Source: Lepidodermella squamata (lineage: Eukaryota; Animalia; Gastrotricha). From it: 64,000 nucleotides of DNA. Both the position numbers and the translations under genes were made by a program. Positions 36,501-49,271 of this stretch are shown here, in pieces. The first letter of the stretch is position 1. Every line of letters starts with the position of its first letter. The stretch spans positions 620,001 to 684,000 of the forward strand of contig JBLDXI010000066.1 in NCBI GenBank assembly GCA_047495785.1, read 5' to 3'. Under the pieces are notes generated by a model. The model saw only the letters and a list, made by a program, of their open reading frames with translations. It ran no database searches and was not told the origin of the DNA.

Positions 36501-39500
36501 CTATGGAAGTCTCAAAATAGTTAAGATTCATTGAAAAAAGGCAAACCTACGAGTATCGCAAGTTAGGCCGGACCAATAGATTTCATCGCATTTACACGTG
36601 TTAGGGCCGACGCAAATTCCGGCATGTTTACAGGGCGGGTCACAAATCGGTATTTCGCATCTCCCGCCAGTCCATTGGTCCGTACAATTGCAAATTCCAG
36701 GGGCAGTACAATTCCCATCGTTACCACACTTTGGGGAACATATAGCTGAAGAACAAATGTGCAAACTCGAAACAATCATCGGGATCAAATCAAACTTACG
36801 AATTTCACAAAGTGGCCCGGTCCATTGCTCAGGATTACAAGTGCATGTGTGAGGGGCAGAACAAAATCCGTTGAGACAAGGTGGGTCGCAAATCGGGATT
36901 TCGCATTGATTACCGGTCCAATCTGGTAAGCAGGAGCAAGTATTCGGCTCAGAGCAATTTCCATGTTCCGAGCACTCTGGTTGGCAAATCGGGATGTCGC
37001 AAAACGGCCCAGCCCATCCATCTGAACAGGTACAGTGCCCCGGTTCCGTGCAATTGCCATGATCTCCACATTCAGGGATGCAAATTGCTGTTAACACATT
37101 ACTACGCGTTATTCATTGATGGGTACGGGATGGAGAAAGCTTACGAGTTTCACATAATAGGCCCGTCCATCTTTCAGCGCCACAAGTGCAAACATTAGGG
37201 TTAGAACAAAATCCGTTATTACGGCATTCGGGTTCGCAAATTGGGACATCGCATGACTCGCCCTTCCACATCTCATCGCAGGAACAGACACCAGGTGCCG
37301 TACAGTTACCATGCTTGCATCCAAACTCGCAGATTGCTAGAAATATTGGCGTTAAGGAAACAGTTTCTCGTGTAAAATTTGGCTTACGGATCTCACACAG
37401 GGCCCCGGTCCATTTTGAAGGGTCACATGAACACGTGTTCGGACTGAGGCAACTGCCGTTGTTCTGACAATGTGGCTCGCAAATTGGGACATCACAGGAA
37501 TCACCCTTCCACAGCTCGTCGCAAGAACAAACACCGGGAGCTGTGCAGTTTCCATGATTGCATCCAAGCTCACAAATCGCTGAAAATTCAAAGGTTGAGA
37601 ACTTTCCATATAAACGAGTATTCATTCCGAATTGATTGAAAGCTTACGAATTTCGCACAGAGCGCCAGTCCATTTTGTATGGTCACATGAACAGCTATTC
37701 GGGCTAATGCAATTCCCACTGTTCTGGCAGGATGGCTCGCAAATTGGGACATCACATGAATCACCCTTCCACAGGTCATCGCAAGAACATGCTCCGGGAG
37801 CTGTGCAATTCCCATGCTTGCATCCCATCTCGCAGATTGCTAAACATTGAGTAGAGATTCATTTTTATACCTATTACTTTAAATTTTGCTTACGAATTTC
37901 GCACACAGCTCCAGACCATTTGTTGAGGTCACACGAGCACGTATTAGGACTGATGCAGTTCCCACTATTTTGGCAGGGTGGCTCGCAAATTGGGACATCA
38001 CACAATGGCCCAGACCACGAAGCGTCACATTCGCAGTAGTTTGGCTTGGTACACTTCCCATTCGCCGAGCAAGGCGGTTGGCAAATCGGAACTTCACACT
38101 GCGATCCTCTCCACTGATTCGTACATTCGCAAGTGTTTGGTTCGACGCATGTCCCATTGTTCAAGCAAGGCAGGTCGCAGATAGGGGTTTCACAGAGTCG
38201 ACCGGTCCAGTGATCATTACAGGTGCAAGTAGCCGGTGAAGAGCAGATGCCGTTCGAGCTGCATGAAGGCTTGCAGATTGCTAAATTTGGATTATTGAAT
38301 TAATAAGTGAAAACCCGAGATAGCGAGTCCCAAATTTAGTAAAAGAGAAAAATGGGCAAAAAAAACAACGGCATGCCCTCGTGAATCAGAGTGAGACAGG
38401 TTAGATTCCGAAAATTACCGAACCAGCGGGTTTTTTCGGTATTTTTCGGTTAATTTCGGTAATGTTCATGAACAAGTATAAAATAGGTAATTTTATGGGA
38501 CACAATGTCTCTTACGTTTCGCGCAAGTTTTCCCGGTCCATTCGACCTCATCACAGGTGCATAGGTTCGGAGCCGTACATTTTCCGCTGTTTTCGCACAA
38601 TGGATTGCAGATTGGGGTTTCGCAAGCTACTCCCGTCCAGCCTTCGAAGCACGTGCAGTTGTTTGGTGACGAGCAGTTCCCGTTTACGCAGCTTGGGTCG
38701 CAAACTGGTATATCGCACACGGAACCGGCCCAACCAGGTGCGCAAGTGCACTTGTTCGGCGCAGAGCAATTGCCATTAGGGCCACAACTAACTTTGCAGA
38801 CCGCTGAAAATTTGGAAAATTGACATTATAAATTTGTTTTTCTAAATATTTCTTATATTTCTAAATTTTTCATTTTCCCATTGTGCTGATTTTCGAAGAC
38901 TTACGAATATTGCAGACTGAACCTCTCCAGCTTTCATCATCACATGCGCATGTGTCTATAGCTGTGCATGTTCCACCATTCTTACATGGGGAAGCCGTGC
39001 AAGGTCCATTTGCAAAAATAGAATTGAAATTCCCGAAATTAGCCAACTCAGAAGAGAAAAATCGAATTCCACGAACGGTAACCGAATCGCCCTCAGATCG
39101 GCTCGTAGATCCAATTCCGAAATACATGGGCTCGCCGAACTGGGATAGATCGCCATTCATGTTAACATCGCGATAAACAATTGTACAGGGAAAGCCGAAA
39201 GAACACATTTGAACCTATGATTTTGAGACATTTTTAGAAAGTTCAAAAATATTTAGCTAAATTTTACCGATAGCAGTTTCCCGAATTTCACAGAAAACTG
39301 AAGTCGAAAGTATTGGCCCAATGGTACAGAACCGCATTTAGCTCTTAAGTTTGCTTGATTTTGGCATCGAGACCGATCGGAATCTTCAACAAATCGCGAA
39401 GAAAATGACGCGAAAACTGAGCTCGATTGCTGATCGGCGAAAATCGATAATCCTCTAAATCGATCGAATCGAATGCCAAAATCAGTGAGGTTCATTTGTG

Positions 39501-42500
39501 AACGGGTAAGGCTGATATTTGAAGTCAGGAAAATCCCAATGCTAGCAGTCGAACTTCTACCAAGGTCGAACGAAACTTCTCCGAAGAAATCAGTCGAATT
39601 CATGGGCTGGGAGAAAATTGAAATTTAATTGCAAACAAATCAATCAAGTAAACATACAATTTTAGCCCACATAGCTCCATTTCGGTTCTTTCCAGCTTCA
39701 ACCAAATGACCTTCGGCATTTTTCCCGAAGCTCGAGGGTTGGTCTTTAGGATAAAAGGTCCAGAAAGATGCTTCAAACCCAGAAAATTCAAGCTTTAAAA
39801 AATTCAAAAATTTCAGAAAATTACCAGTTTCGTTTTGCCCGAATGAAAACGGGGTCAAAAACACGGTCTGACGAAAGCTGACCTGGAACCCGGTTCCAAC
39901 CTGGTACCCGGGGTTGGAAATGAACCAAACCAGAACTTCATTGGACGAAGCAATAGTGAATAACATTTCATCAGATTTCGAACTTGAAAGCAACACGGCT
40001 GAATTCGGATTCGGTCCATCGAAAACACCAACAATGTCATTGTCGGGTTCCATTTGGAAAATGGTAACTTCAAGCCATATTGCGTAACCAGGGGGGACTT
40101 TAATGACGTAGGTACAGTTTGAACTACTAGCGTAGAATCCACTATTAACAAAATTTGCTGGTACAACTGAACCGATTGGGGCATTGGGCTGGGCGAGGTT
40201 GGTTAAGCACTCTAAATTTGACTTGATAGCTGCTTCGAATTTCAGCCGGAACCCAGTGCCACCCTGTAGGATGGAGCCGAATTTCGCTAGGAATGAATCA
40301 GCTGTTCCGGCGAACATGCCGTGGTAGTTGGCTTCGTCTGCTCGGATGATTTGAGGGGCTGTTAGATTTCGGCCGTCGTAAATTTCGATGTGATCTTTTT
40401 TCGGGGTGGTCAGTGTCCCAGTATCTAGGTCAAGCCAGAATGACCCACTAGAAGAAGGGTGACTAATGAGCCATTGGTCGTGTTGATTGGCGTAGTAAGG
40501 TCCCATTGGATAATTTAGTGATTTGACATAACCTGATCCGATAAACATATTTAAACTTGATTTAGTAAACATTTCAATAAAAATGAAAATAATATATAAA
40601 TTCAATCCTGTATTTTGAATAAATTCATAAAAAAAATTCGTAAAATTATGGTGAATTTTTCAAAATTTTCCAATTTTCCAAATAGGGGTTCTCAAATATC
40701 AAAATTCAAAAATTATAGAAAGAACAGGGTTGTGCATAAATGTAAAAACCTCCGATTTTTACATGTATAAACGGCAAAACTAGGAAAAACAGTAAAAACA
40801 TGTGTACAAATCCCAGAGTTTTTCCATCTAAGTGTATAAACCCCTTTTATAAATTTTTCATCATTTCATTGCCCTCCAAGCTCTTCGCCATGATACAAAA
40901 CTCAAATTTTACTAGTCAAACCTCTCCTCCTCTATAAATAGTGCCAATGTCTCAGCCGCGGCGCTGAAAGCTTCTTCCATGGTCATTACCCCGCATTACC
41001 GCGCGTCCACACCTTATTTAGGGCCCTGGATGAGAAGTTCATGCGCGCGCGCATGTGTGAGGCGGTGGAACTGGCGCTGCGAAGGAGACGGACCGCACAC
41101 TGCGAGGCGGTGGAACTGGCGCTGAGAGGTGGTGGACTACCTATGGCGCGCGTTACGATGGGCGACGGGCCGCATGCAGAGACAAGGGGGCTGACGTGAC
41201 TTGCCTTCTACCGCTGACTATTCCTACTGCTTGCCTTCACCTATAGCCGCCTGTCATCGCCTGCCATGGCCTGCCATTACCTGCCGAAATCAGGTCCATT
41301 TCGGCATGGCCGCTTATAGGTCTTCGGGAAATTGATACCGTATTACCGAGCTTTGAGTGTCATGCCACGATAAAGTGGAACAGTGTTTTTACCCATTTTC
41401 GAAAACCTCGATCATAGTGGCACTGAATGCTTAGCATTACAATTTTATCTGGAATGTCACGATAAACAGGGCACAGTGACATGCCCCTGTAAAACGAGCT
41501 ATAATGTCATGACTAAATGAAAATCAAGCTGTTTTCGCTTCTTCAAAGCACAAGTTTACGAATTTTCTTAACTAGGGGTTTCTACACGTGGAAAAACCCG
41601 TTCGATAAATACTGTCTTTACACTGTGTTTATACACGGTGTTTTTACATCAAGGTTTTTACATTGACAACCCTGAGAAAGAATGAAAATTACAAAATTAC
41701 AAAACCTTAAAAAAATTTGAAAAAATTAAAAAAATTGAAAATTAAAATATTAAAAAAAATTGAAAACTGAAATATTTAAGAAATTGGTAAATCAAATATT
41801 AAAAAATTTGATATTTAAAACCTGGAAAAAATTGAAAATTTGAATAAACTCACAATTAAAAAATTAAAAAAATTAAACATATGAGATTTGAAAAATCTGA
41901 GTGAACAATTACGCCTTTTGACTTAATGAAAATTACCCGATATTGCCTTCCCGGATGGTACAAGTCGATAGTCAGCCATGAACCCCGATCCAACTAGGTC
42001 GTCATCGTTCGATTGGAAAGTCAGCGTAGCCACATTGAAAGTCGTCGCAGTTACATTCATCATAAAATAATCCGCACTTGTCCGAAGTATTTGCCGATTC
42101 GTCGAATCGAAAATCGCTAGAAAATCGCCGTTATCATCGATAACCAGGCTTTTAACGACTATTTCAAGCACATAATTCGGGACCCGGCTAACCAACCTCC
42201 AACTGCACCGTTCATTGTTCGAATAATTACCAGGGTGTTCACTACTGGTTACGTAGCCGACATTTGAAGTCAACGTGAGTTCGATCGTTATATTTCGATT
42301 GCAAAACGTCTTCTCGCATGAAGGACCCGTATAACCCTGCTGGCATTTGCAGACACCCGGGGTGACGCATGTCCCATTATTTCGGCAAAAGGGTGCGCAC
42401 AACGGCGTCTCGCAGTTCGACCCCGTCCAGCCAGGTAGACACGGGCAATTTTCGTCGTAGCAATAGCTATTCACCGGGCATTTCGGTAGGCAATTCGCGA

Positions 42501-44315
42501 CGGTTTTGTAGAAAATCAACGATTTTACGTCGACCGTGTCGTAGTTTCTCAGGGTGTTGTAGGAGCCGAGGCCGACTAGAAGTGGTAGGGTGATTTTGTT
42601 GAAAGGAACCGCGAGAGGGTTGTCGAATGGCGCGGTTATCGCCTGGCACAAAGAGCCGTCGAAACAGGCGGTTAAAGACGCCAGGGCGCCGTTTGTGACA
42701 CCCAGTAACAGGGTGACCCGGGTGCGCAGGTTCCGGGAGAATCCGCCGCATTTTATTAAGCTGTTGGTTATTGATTCTAGGCAATTAGGCGGCGATTTTA
42801 TGGCGTCGGTCCTCGTGAAAATCGATCGATTAGCCGGGCTAACAATGGCGGAGATTCCGGTGTAATTGTTCCACAAAATTCCGTAGGCTGGAAAAATAAA
42901 AATAAAATTCGTAAAAAAAACGTGAAAAATTCGTGAAAATTCACGAAAAATAATAGACAAGGTTTAGTGACCTTGGGAGGTTGAAAACTATATTCAGGTG
43001 AAAAGATCGACTTGAAAAACATGTTGACGTATTACCTTTCTGAGTTACTAAATTAGTGATAGATCTTAACGATTAAGTTTAGGAATCACCTGTAATGTTT
43101 CGATTTTTATTAGAATTTATTTTCAATTTAGAGATAATTTTCATATCAGAAATTCTCAAATCGATCTACAAAGTTTTACAAAATGAGATATCAAATTTTA
43201 AAAAATTGAACAATTAAATTGGAAAATTGGAATTTAAAATTTTTCAATTTCACATTTTTTCAAAGTCTATACATCATCTTGAAATAATTGCGAACATATT
43301 TTTTCTGATTATTTTCAATTTTTACCGTTCGACCCAGCTGGTCTTGCAACTGATGTGTTTGTGACAACGAACAAGCCAAACCCCTCGCCGCCATTCGGTG
43401 ACCCAGATTCACTTCCTAGGGTGACCACAGCTTTGATAATGAAGTCAGTTTTAGTTGGATGCTGAAAATCAAATAGTTTTTCTTCAGTTGATTTTCTTTT
43501 CTGAATTGAGTATTTACCGCCATGGCCCAAATCGAGCCACTGAGTTCAGCCGAGCGATTTGTTCCAATTTTCAGATCACCTGACGGGTTCAAAGCCGATC
43601 CGCCCCAAACTGGCAGGTAAACGTCCCAATATTCTTTAGGAAATTCAAGGAAATTTTGAAAATTCAACTAAATGATCCATCTTAATTTTCGACTAACCAT
43701 AATTTCCGTTTTCGTAAGTTAAATCTGGGTCATCGTCGACTTGTTTGTAATACAAAATAAACCCAGTGAAATCCGCGCCGCTTAACCCAGCTTTCCATGA
43801 AATTAAGGCGTTATTCGACAACGTTAGCAAGGTTATTTTGATTGAAGAAGAATTCGATTGCCAATTGCCCAAAATCGGCGAAGATCTGTTAAGGCCATCG
43901 AATATCGTGAGATTCGAACCCGGGCCATTGTAAACTAAATTCAATTCGAATCTGAATTTTTTTTAATAAATTCAAGAAATTTTTTGGATTTAAAGTTGTT
44001 GTACCGAATAAAATTCCCACGATCCGCTGTTATAGCCCAGGAACATTGCTCATTTGCGTTGTAAGGACTAGGGTAATTTGAACTCGAGATGAACCCCGTC
44101 AAAGAATTGCTGATATTCGCGAAATTTTGGCCTGAAATAAATAGAATTTAAATGACATTTATTTGATTATTTTTCAAAGCTTTTTTACAGATGCTGCCAC
44201 TCGAGACGATTGTGCCAGATGCTATAATAATCAAACTATTTTGTATCAATTTTCTGAGAATTTGAGTATTACCTGTGCAAAGGATAACGAGAATCGTGTT
44301 GACATCTTGAATCAT
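30516..44315 (-). CDS. Polycystin-1-like (PKD1L/REJ-family) multi-pass receptor/channel: CUB x4, putative L-type lectin x2, about 25-30 EGF, degenerate GPS, PLAT, polycystin channel domain
   Basis: CUB motifs (GFISSSNYPSPYNANEQCSW; GYVTSSEHPGNYSNNERCSW). Many CxPxCxNxGxCxxPxxCxCxxxWxGxxC exons at 35.7-39.0 kb. VAPNTINF+TM1, a PLAT-like segment, DSHPWFSIAQRPLPSNWTRVERLAC, LLGPIRLRQQRV, YGSGGYYLDL, RWLDNATNVFFVDFNLFNPQTNIF, WTNGWNLLD. The start ATG at 44315 is tentative. Confidence 0.85.
40725..41674. mobile_element. Non-autonomous hAT element in a polycystin-gene intron
   Basis: CAGGGTTGT...AATGTAAAAACC / GGTTTTTACATTGACAACCCTG termini; 8-bp TSD AGAAAGAA on both sides. Confidence 0.85.
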
Positions 44316-45203
44316 TGCGGTGTAAAAACTTGTTGAGATTTACAATTTATGAAACTTCTGGCAATAGGTATAGCTATCTTTTCGACGGGCGATTCTAATA
44401 AGCGTCTAGGGAATTTCGCAACTTTTTTCTCGAAAAAAATCGTCTGGTCACGCGATCAGCTAATTTTCTGTGCGTAGAAATGTATTGCGAGGTAGACATT
44501 TACAGCTCGCTGGAGGTTTCAAGTCCCAAGTACGACGCAGATAAACAAATTATTCCTGAGAATTGCGTACATTCTAGTTTTTATAACATCTGTCGACGCA
44601 TTATTCGCATTATGTTCAAGAATATGGGATGAAAGCTGAAAGCTGAGTGCTGATTACTGATCATCATGTCGCGTTCCTTTCTGATGTTAATCTAATAGAT
44701 CGAATGAGTCAACATTCAGGTCGTGCAAAACACGGAAGTGAATAAGAAAGAATAGGTAACAACTGACAATGAATGACAACAACCAATCCAATATGTCCTC
44801 AGATGAAGCGCGGCTCGGGCCTTCGTGGATCGAAAAAGATGCCGCCAACCATAATGTCAAAAGATAGTAAATACCGGATGCGATACAAAACCACGTCAAC
44901 GCCTGAATTAGCTTGCCGAGACGGGTGTTGTAAGTTTTTTGGGACTTCATTCAAAATCGAACTCCGCCGGGCCTGAAAAAGCAGCACGGTCTGGTACTTC
45001 AGGAGACTTCATTAACACACTGGCTCCTGGGGTTTTTGCAAAAATGCACTTTTCAGACACCCCCCCATTTTTTTTCTTAATCGATAGAGGACATTGATAC
45101 AAAAGTTTTGGCACATATCAAAAAATCCGGATCGTCAGGGTTATTACGTAATAACGATTTTTGTAAATACACAAATGTGTGTATGTTTGCGTATGTTTGT
45201 GCT

Positions 45204-46197
45204 AGACGATACACACATGTGTGCGTATGGGGTGTGTTCATAGAGATGATAGAGTGCTCACTCCCCACCAAAACCATACAACGCTATGGGGGCCATATGG
45301 CAGGGGATTAACTCATTGTCCTGGAGTACAAAACTGAACTAATTACAAATCGATCGGTCACATAAATCGCTGGCGCCAGCGCTTCGATTATCTGTTACCA
45401 GGTCGGGCTTTGGGTCATCGCTTAACTGAGAGACGGCCGATTTTTCGATACCAAATTTATCCAGGTAGGATTTTTAGAAGTTGACGATAGGCGACCGTAA
45501 AGTCAACGTCCCTTTTCGACCTTTTACCTTTGAAGCGGTCCACACCTGGATCTAAGATGAAATTGAACGACCTTTTGAAGCCAAGTTATTCATCAGGTGG
45601 GGGCGATCATTTTGACTCCTGATTTAGATCTGGAACCCCCATATTTTGACCGTTGCAAATTTTCAAAATGAATTCACCCTTAAAAAGCAATTCTTTAAGC
45701 CAAAAATCGTAATTTTGTGCGAGCGAACAACCATGAGTCATCAAAATTGGATGTTCAAAAATAAGCTTTGCGCAAAAAAACTCTTTTTCAATAATTACGC
45801 AACAGTGTTTACTCAGTGAAAAACTGCTGAAAACAGTCAAAAAAGTTCTTTTTAAGAGTGATTTAAATTCGAAAATTTCCACCGATCAAAATATGGGGGT
45901 TCCAGATCGCCTATCGTCAACTTCTAAAAATCCTACCTGGATAAATTTGGTATCGAAAAATCGGCCGTCTCTCAGTTAAGCGATGACCCAAAGCCCGACC
46001 TGGTAACAGATAATCGAAGCGCTGGCGCCAGCGATTTATGTGACCGATCGATTTGTAATTAGTTCAGTTTTGTACTCCAGGACAATGAGTTAATCCCCTG
46101 CCATATGGCCCCCATAGCGTTGTATGGTTTTGGTGGGGAGTGAGCACTCTATCATCTCTATGAACACACCCCATACGCACACATGTGTGTATCGTCT
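45204..46197. repeat. 291-bp inverted duplication (45204-45494 / 45907-46197) around a 412-bp spacer
   Basis: The arms are reverse complements with no mismatch found by eye. Confidence 0.9.
45627..45908. mobile_element. MITE-like element in the spacer of the inverted duplication
   Basis: GATCTGGAACCCCCATATTTTGA / TCAAAATATGGGGGTTCCAGATC, with imperfect pairing continuing to about 65 bp. Confidence 0.6.
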
Positions 46198-47091
46198 TCC
46201 AAGTGCTTCCAAGGTGTTCCGCAAGGTTTCCGAATAATTTTTTTGGGAAGGCTTCGAAAATTAGCAGTTGTAAAATTGAAAATGTGTGATGCCGCCCACA
46301 ATTTTTAATTTAATTTTTTAATTTAATTTTCAATTTTTGGAAAATAAAAAATTGACCTGAGCCTTATGTGTTTTCCTGAGAAAGGGGAAAGGAAGAAGTG
46401 GTACCATTCGGCGTTTCATGTGCTATTTTTTTGCATTGATTAATTAAAGAAATTCATTTATTCAAACTTGAAAATTGATCAATTTTTAATAGCTGTGAAG
46501 TGCTTCCAAGGTGTTCCGCAAGGTTTCCGAATAATTTTCCCACTTTGCAGACGTATAAACGCTTTGCCGTCAAAAAATTGATAAAAATAACATTCATATC
46601 GAACCATTGTGACTAATCACGACGCACGTGAGTAATCAGGGAAAGTTTCAGACTGCTCGAGCAGCCTGAAACTTCGAACAATGCTTGTCCCTCACTGAAC
46701 GTTCTGAGCATTAAAAATTCGCCTGAAAGCGTAATCAAGAGCATCTGTGTCCCTTTCCTCTGAAACTAAACAATGCGAATAATCGCTCTGAACATTCGTC
46801 GCATTTACACTAGACTACCCATAATTATCCAAGTTAATTACTTTCCCTGTTATGCAATCATTTTCACGAAAGACTGAATGCGTGGTTTTATCCATTTTTT
46901 AAACAAATTCAAAATATTTGGCACTTGGTCGTGGAGAAATATCAAAAAGAAATATCAAAATTAGCTTGACTGAGGTCTTTGCATGCCTAGCACCTTGCTT
47001 CAAGCTTGCTATGAAAATAAAATCCGAATTTTTTAACGAATTTTTCCGAGAAAAAATAAAAATAATTTGAAACCTTGCGATTGTACAATTA

Positions 47092-47278
47092 CCGTATTTG
47101 TTCCTATAGCAGCCCGCGCTACTAAAATTTCAACCTCGAAATTTCGAAAATTTCGAAAATTAATTTCTCGTGAATCGTTCATTTTTCATGTTTTCGAACT
47201 GACCTGACCCCTCAACCCTGGGCTACTATTAGGGATGGGCGATTATTAGTGAATGGGCTATTATTGGAACAAATACGG
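47092..47278. mobile_element. Tc1/mariner/pogo-type MITE
   Basis: TA|CCGTATTTGTTCC ... GGAACAAATACGG|TA, with subterminal GGGCTAyTATT repeats. Confidence 0.75.
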
Positions 47279-49271
47279 TATACAATTATATTGTAGTTTT
47301 TAAACCCGAAACTTGTTGATAGCGATGGAAAACTGATGAAATCACGCCGAAGGTTATACCAATATTGTTAACATAATTTAGGTAGAATTTTCTCATAGAA
47401 ATATTAGAAAATTCAATGTAGTTTAGACTCCTGTTTGGACTATAAAAAGAAATGCTCAACAAAACCCACGAAAATCATGAGAAAATCTCAAAACTATCAA
47501 TATTTTCTGATATTTTCTTAATTTTTTCAAGGAATTGTCCGTACAAGATGGCTGGAAACTGCCCCAGTGACGCGATTCGTTGCATAATTCGTTTTAAGAG
47601 GATTTTGGCTACATTTAAGAATTTTTATAATTTATAAATCGATCGTTTCTATTTTTCCAGAATGAGAATTGTATAGATCGGGTGTCAGCCAAAAATGTGA
47701 TTACGAAATCGCGATTACTTGATACCTCAAAATTTCAGTTTTAAATCACCTTGCTGTGACTTGATAACAGCGCCCATAAAATTTGCACGCAAAAATAAAA
47801 ACAGCGCTCACTCGAGTTCAAGTAAAAATGATGACGCAACAACCGAAGTAATTAACATCGATAATTACGAAGTAGCTCGTGTAAATGCGACGATTAAAAA
47901 ACGCAATTATCGAGTAATTCTGAAAGATCAGCGTTCTGAAGCTCTGAGACTTTTTGAACACACCCATGGTGTACATGGATGTTTGTGTGAATTACACACA
48001 TGTGTGTATGTGGTGAGCCGACATATGTTGCAATGAACGTTTTCTAGAATATTATTCACACAAGTGTGAATTTGGTTTTGTTGAGTTCATTTTCAAAATT
48101 TTAATTTGAAATTCGTATCACTGTCAACCAATCAATGTCAAGAGCTAAACAAACAAAGCATGCGCGGGATTTCTCGCCGCCCCCTTCTTCCCCTTTCTTA
48201 TAAGGAAGGTGAAAGAAGAACGAGGACCTGATGGCCGAAGAAAACGAACAGATTGTCAGCTTTGTAAAAGACTCGGCCTAAGAAAAGCGATATCAGAATT
48301 TTGTCAGACATGCCTAATAGCCGTCTGAAAAAAATGCTGGATAAAACATCAGCTTGAAAAATGACGATCTTTTCTCTAGATGGAATTTTGTTTAATTGTT
48401 GATCATTCACCTGTTTTAAGTAAAATCGAATATGCTCTTTCCAGTGGTGATAATTAAAAAATTCGGAAAAATTGTTTTGGTATCGAAATCGATATCGATA
48501 ATTATCGATTTTTAAAATCACCTATTCCTGTGAGTGATGGTCCGAATCTGATGGCAGATTATTGATCTAGGCCCAAAAATTAGGTAAACCTGTCAATTTG
48601 ACTCATCCCACCCTCATGGTAATGGAGATAACGATCTATACACACATGTGTGTATATGGGGCACTATATAGTAAACTTATACACACATGCGTGTATATAA
48701 CAGTCAATGTGTTAATAGGAACAAATTCAAGGAGGCGAGGGTAGACGCCGGAATCGCGAAGTTCCCAATGCAATACCTCGGATTTCTGGCTAGTCTAACC
48801 GTAAATTTGAACGTTGATACATTATATCCCTTTTAGAAAACTTGCCCAGTTGAGTTATGGGTCGAAACTAGGGTCCCCAGATTTGGAAGGCTTGAAATAG
48901 AACAGAAGCGTTATGCCATCAAACGAGAACACCTGACGTGAAAGTTCAAACAATCCCTCTTTCTCCCAGTAAAAGTAAACAGCCCAATTTTCCTTTTATT
49001 TATTCTTGTTAAGGTGTATTTTCGAACAAATTTCTGAAATTGACGCCTTTCATTGAATCATCGGTTCTGGTGCAACAAGATAGAATTAGGTATCTCAAAA
49101 GCATCAATAGCTCAGAATTGTAGCATGCCCGTGACCTGAAAAGCGTGCCTTTCTGCATATTGTCTGCGGCTATTCAATGGTTACTTGGTAACTCATCAAT
49201 AACCTCGTAAATCTCACACGGCAAGAATGTGTCTTGGAATTAGTCAAATGTCCGCAGAGAACCTGGAATAA

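Noticed and set aside
36000-38800. CRISPR-like or satellite array
   Set aside because: The periodicity is explained by tandem EGF-coding exons in a eukaryotic gene.
35449-39176. Many overlapping antisense and alternative-frame ORFs
   Set aside because: Shadows of the Cys-rich EGF exons. The same applies to antisense ORFs over the PAN-CTHRC1 genes.
44687-44950. 87-aa hydrophobic ORF upstream of the polycystin gene
   Set aside because: Non-ATG start and no recognisable family. It could be an exon of a small membrane-protein gene, but this is unsupported.
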